Source: Phoronis australis (Eukaryota > Animalia > Phoronida). Taken from it: DNA of 64,000 nucleotides. The position numbers were made by a program, and so were the translations under genes. Shown here piece by piece: positions 62,904 to 64,000 of this stretch. Numbering within the stretch: position 1 is the first letter of the stretch; each line of letters opens with the position of its first letter. The notes under the pieces are model-generated. The model ran no database searches. It was not told the DNA's origin and saw only the letters and a list, made by a program, of their open reading frames with translations. The stretch lies in contig NMRA01000455.1 of NCBI GenBank assembly GCA_002633005.1, positions 301,848 through 365,847 of the forward strand, in the 5' to 3' direction.

Positions 62904-63010
62904 CCCCCAACCCAAACCTAAACCCCCAAGCCCAAACCACCGCAACCCAACATCAACCCCAAAACCCCAACCCAAAAAGCTCAAACTCAAACCCCAAACC
63001 GCGACCTCTA
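62904..63010 (+). repeat. Second C/A-rich telomere-like tract
   Basis: CCCCAA/CCCAAA/CCTAAA variants immediately after a single N. Confidence 0.6.
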
Positions 63011-63982
63011 CTCCAACAACACCGAATTAAAAATGGGTTTCGTGTTCAGTACAGAAATGACAAGGTACTAAATGCAAAATTCTTCCAATTGAGTAAACAG
63101 GTAATGCCACGCTGTGCCATTTTGCATGCGTGATTCGTGGCTCTATCGTTCTATCGTTATTTCCCTGCTTAACTTGTATTTTTAAAGCACTTGAAAATTT
63201 AACAGTGTTCATAAAGTTTCTGAAGTACACAGCTATTAGCGTACCAGTAGGTCAGCGTTAGGGTCATAGTCAGCGTACCGGTAGGCCTATTGGTAAACAT
63301 GCACGTGTTGGCACTCAATTGTTTCTTATTGCTTTGAGCACTTGGTTGGTTCTCAGTCATACGGTAATCCATCTGCAGCATGTGCTTCCTGGCCTACGGA
63401 AATATTTTAGTACTGCAATGTTCCGCGTTTACTGCATTCACAGCAAGGTTCGGCTATAGAAACGTGGATTTCCAACTGTTGAGTTGTATTTTAAAATCAC
63501 CGCTAATGATGTTTTCATTTATAACGCCTCATCACTATGATACGATACACATATGTGGAAAAGCATATGTACATCACTTACCACTCACGTTATCCATTAG
63601 ACAATGATGGAAACAGCCCGTGGGAATTTCTTAATTTCCAAGTTCGAATTGTGACGCGTATTGCTTTGAAACACGCTTTTTTATGTCAAGATTTTATCGG
63701 TTAAGCCATAATATCCACTCGATCACTTTTCCCACCACAAAGGAGTGTACAGTTCCGGACTGACCATCAAACACAGAATGAGAGTTTACCACAACATTAT
63801 ATTAACTGCGTGCCAAGTTCGAATGCCTTAGCTCAATGTACAGTACATCCTACTAAATGAAGTTCATACTGTTTATAATCCTTCCCGACGCTGGGTGCGA
63901 CCCTTTACAATGTTCATAGCGTAGCGGTGCTGAATATCAATTACGACAGACATGTATCAACTGGTTGAAGACCGAAGGCGTT

Positions 63983-64000
63983 CTCTCTCTCTCTCTCTCT
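63983..64000. repeat. (CT)n microsatellite at the window end
   Basis: Directly visible. Confidence 0.9.

Overview
Eukaryotic (metazoan, most likely marine invertebrate) genomic DNA: AT-rich, intron-containing and dense in transposon remnants. Three spliced genes can be reconstructed by hand. (1) The 5' part of a gamma-butyrobetaine dioxygenase (BBOX1-like) gene on the minus strand (exons 7864-7517, 6957-6772, 91-<1). (2) An Ig-superfamily membrane protein gene on the plus strand (exons about 20890-21129, 24556-24790, 25635-25940, 31055-31260), with one frame problem. (3) A complete five-exon minus-strand gene (51524-37978, about 960 aa) encoding signal peptide, MAM, 14 EGF repeats, a Ser/Thr stalk, a TM helix and an NPxY tail; all EGF repeats through the stop codon lie in one 2.3-kb exon. 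The rest holds Kolobok-type THAP elements (TTAA TSD), a Harbinger deletion derivative, hAT and TA-flanked MITEs, a Helentron-type HINE with a 432-bp internal repeat, L1/Tx1-clade LINE remnants, a tRNA-derived SINE, a degenerate (CCCTAA)n array and microsatellites. The strongest unexplained signal is the excess of the palindromes TACATGTA (26 counted) and TAGGCCTA (8 counted). Paralog comparisons inside the window show some TACATGTA sites are short insertions at TA, consistent with transposon excision footprints. Gene models and counts were made by eye and need computational confirmation.
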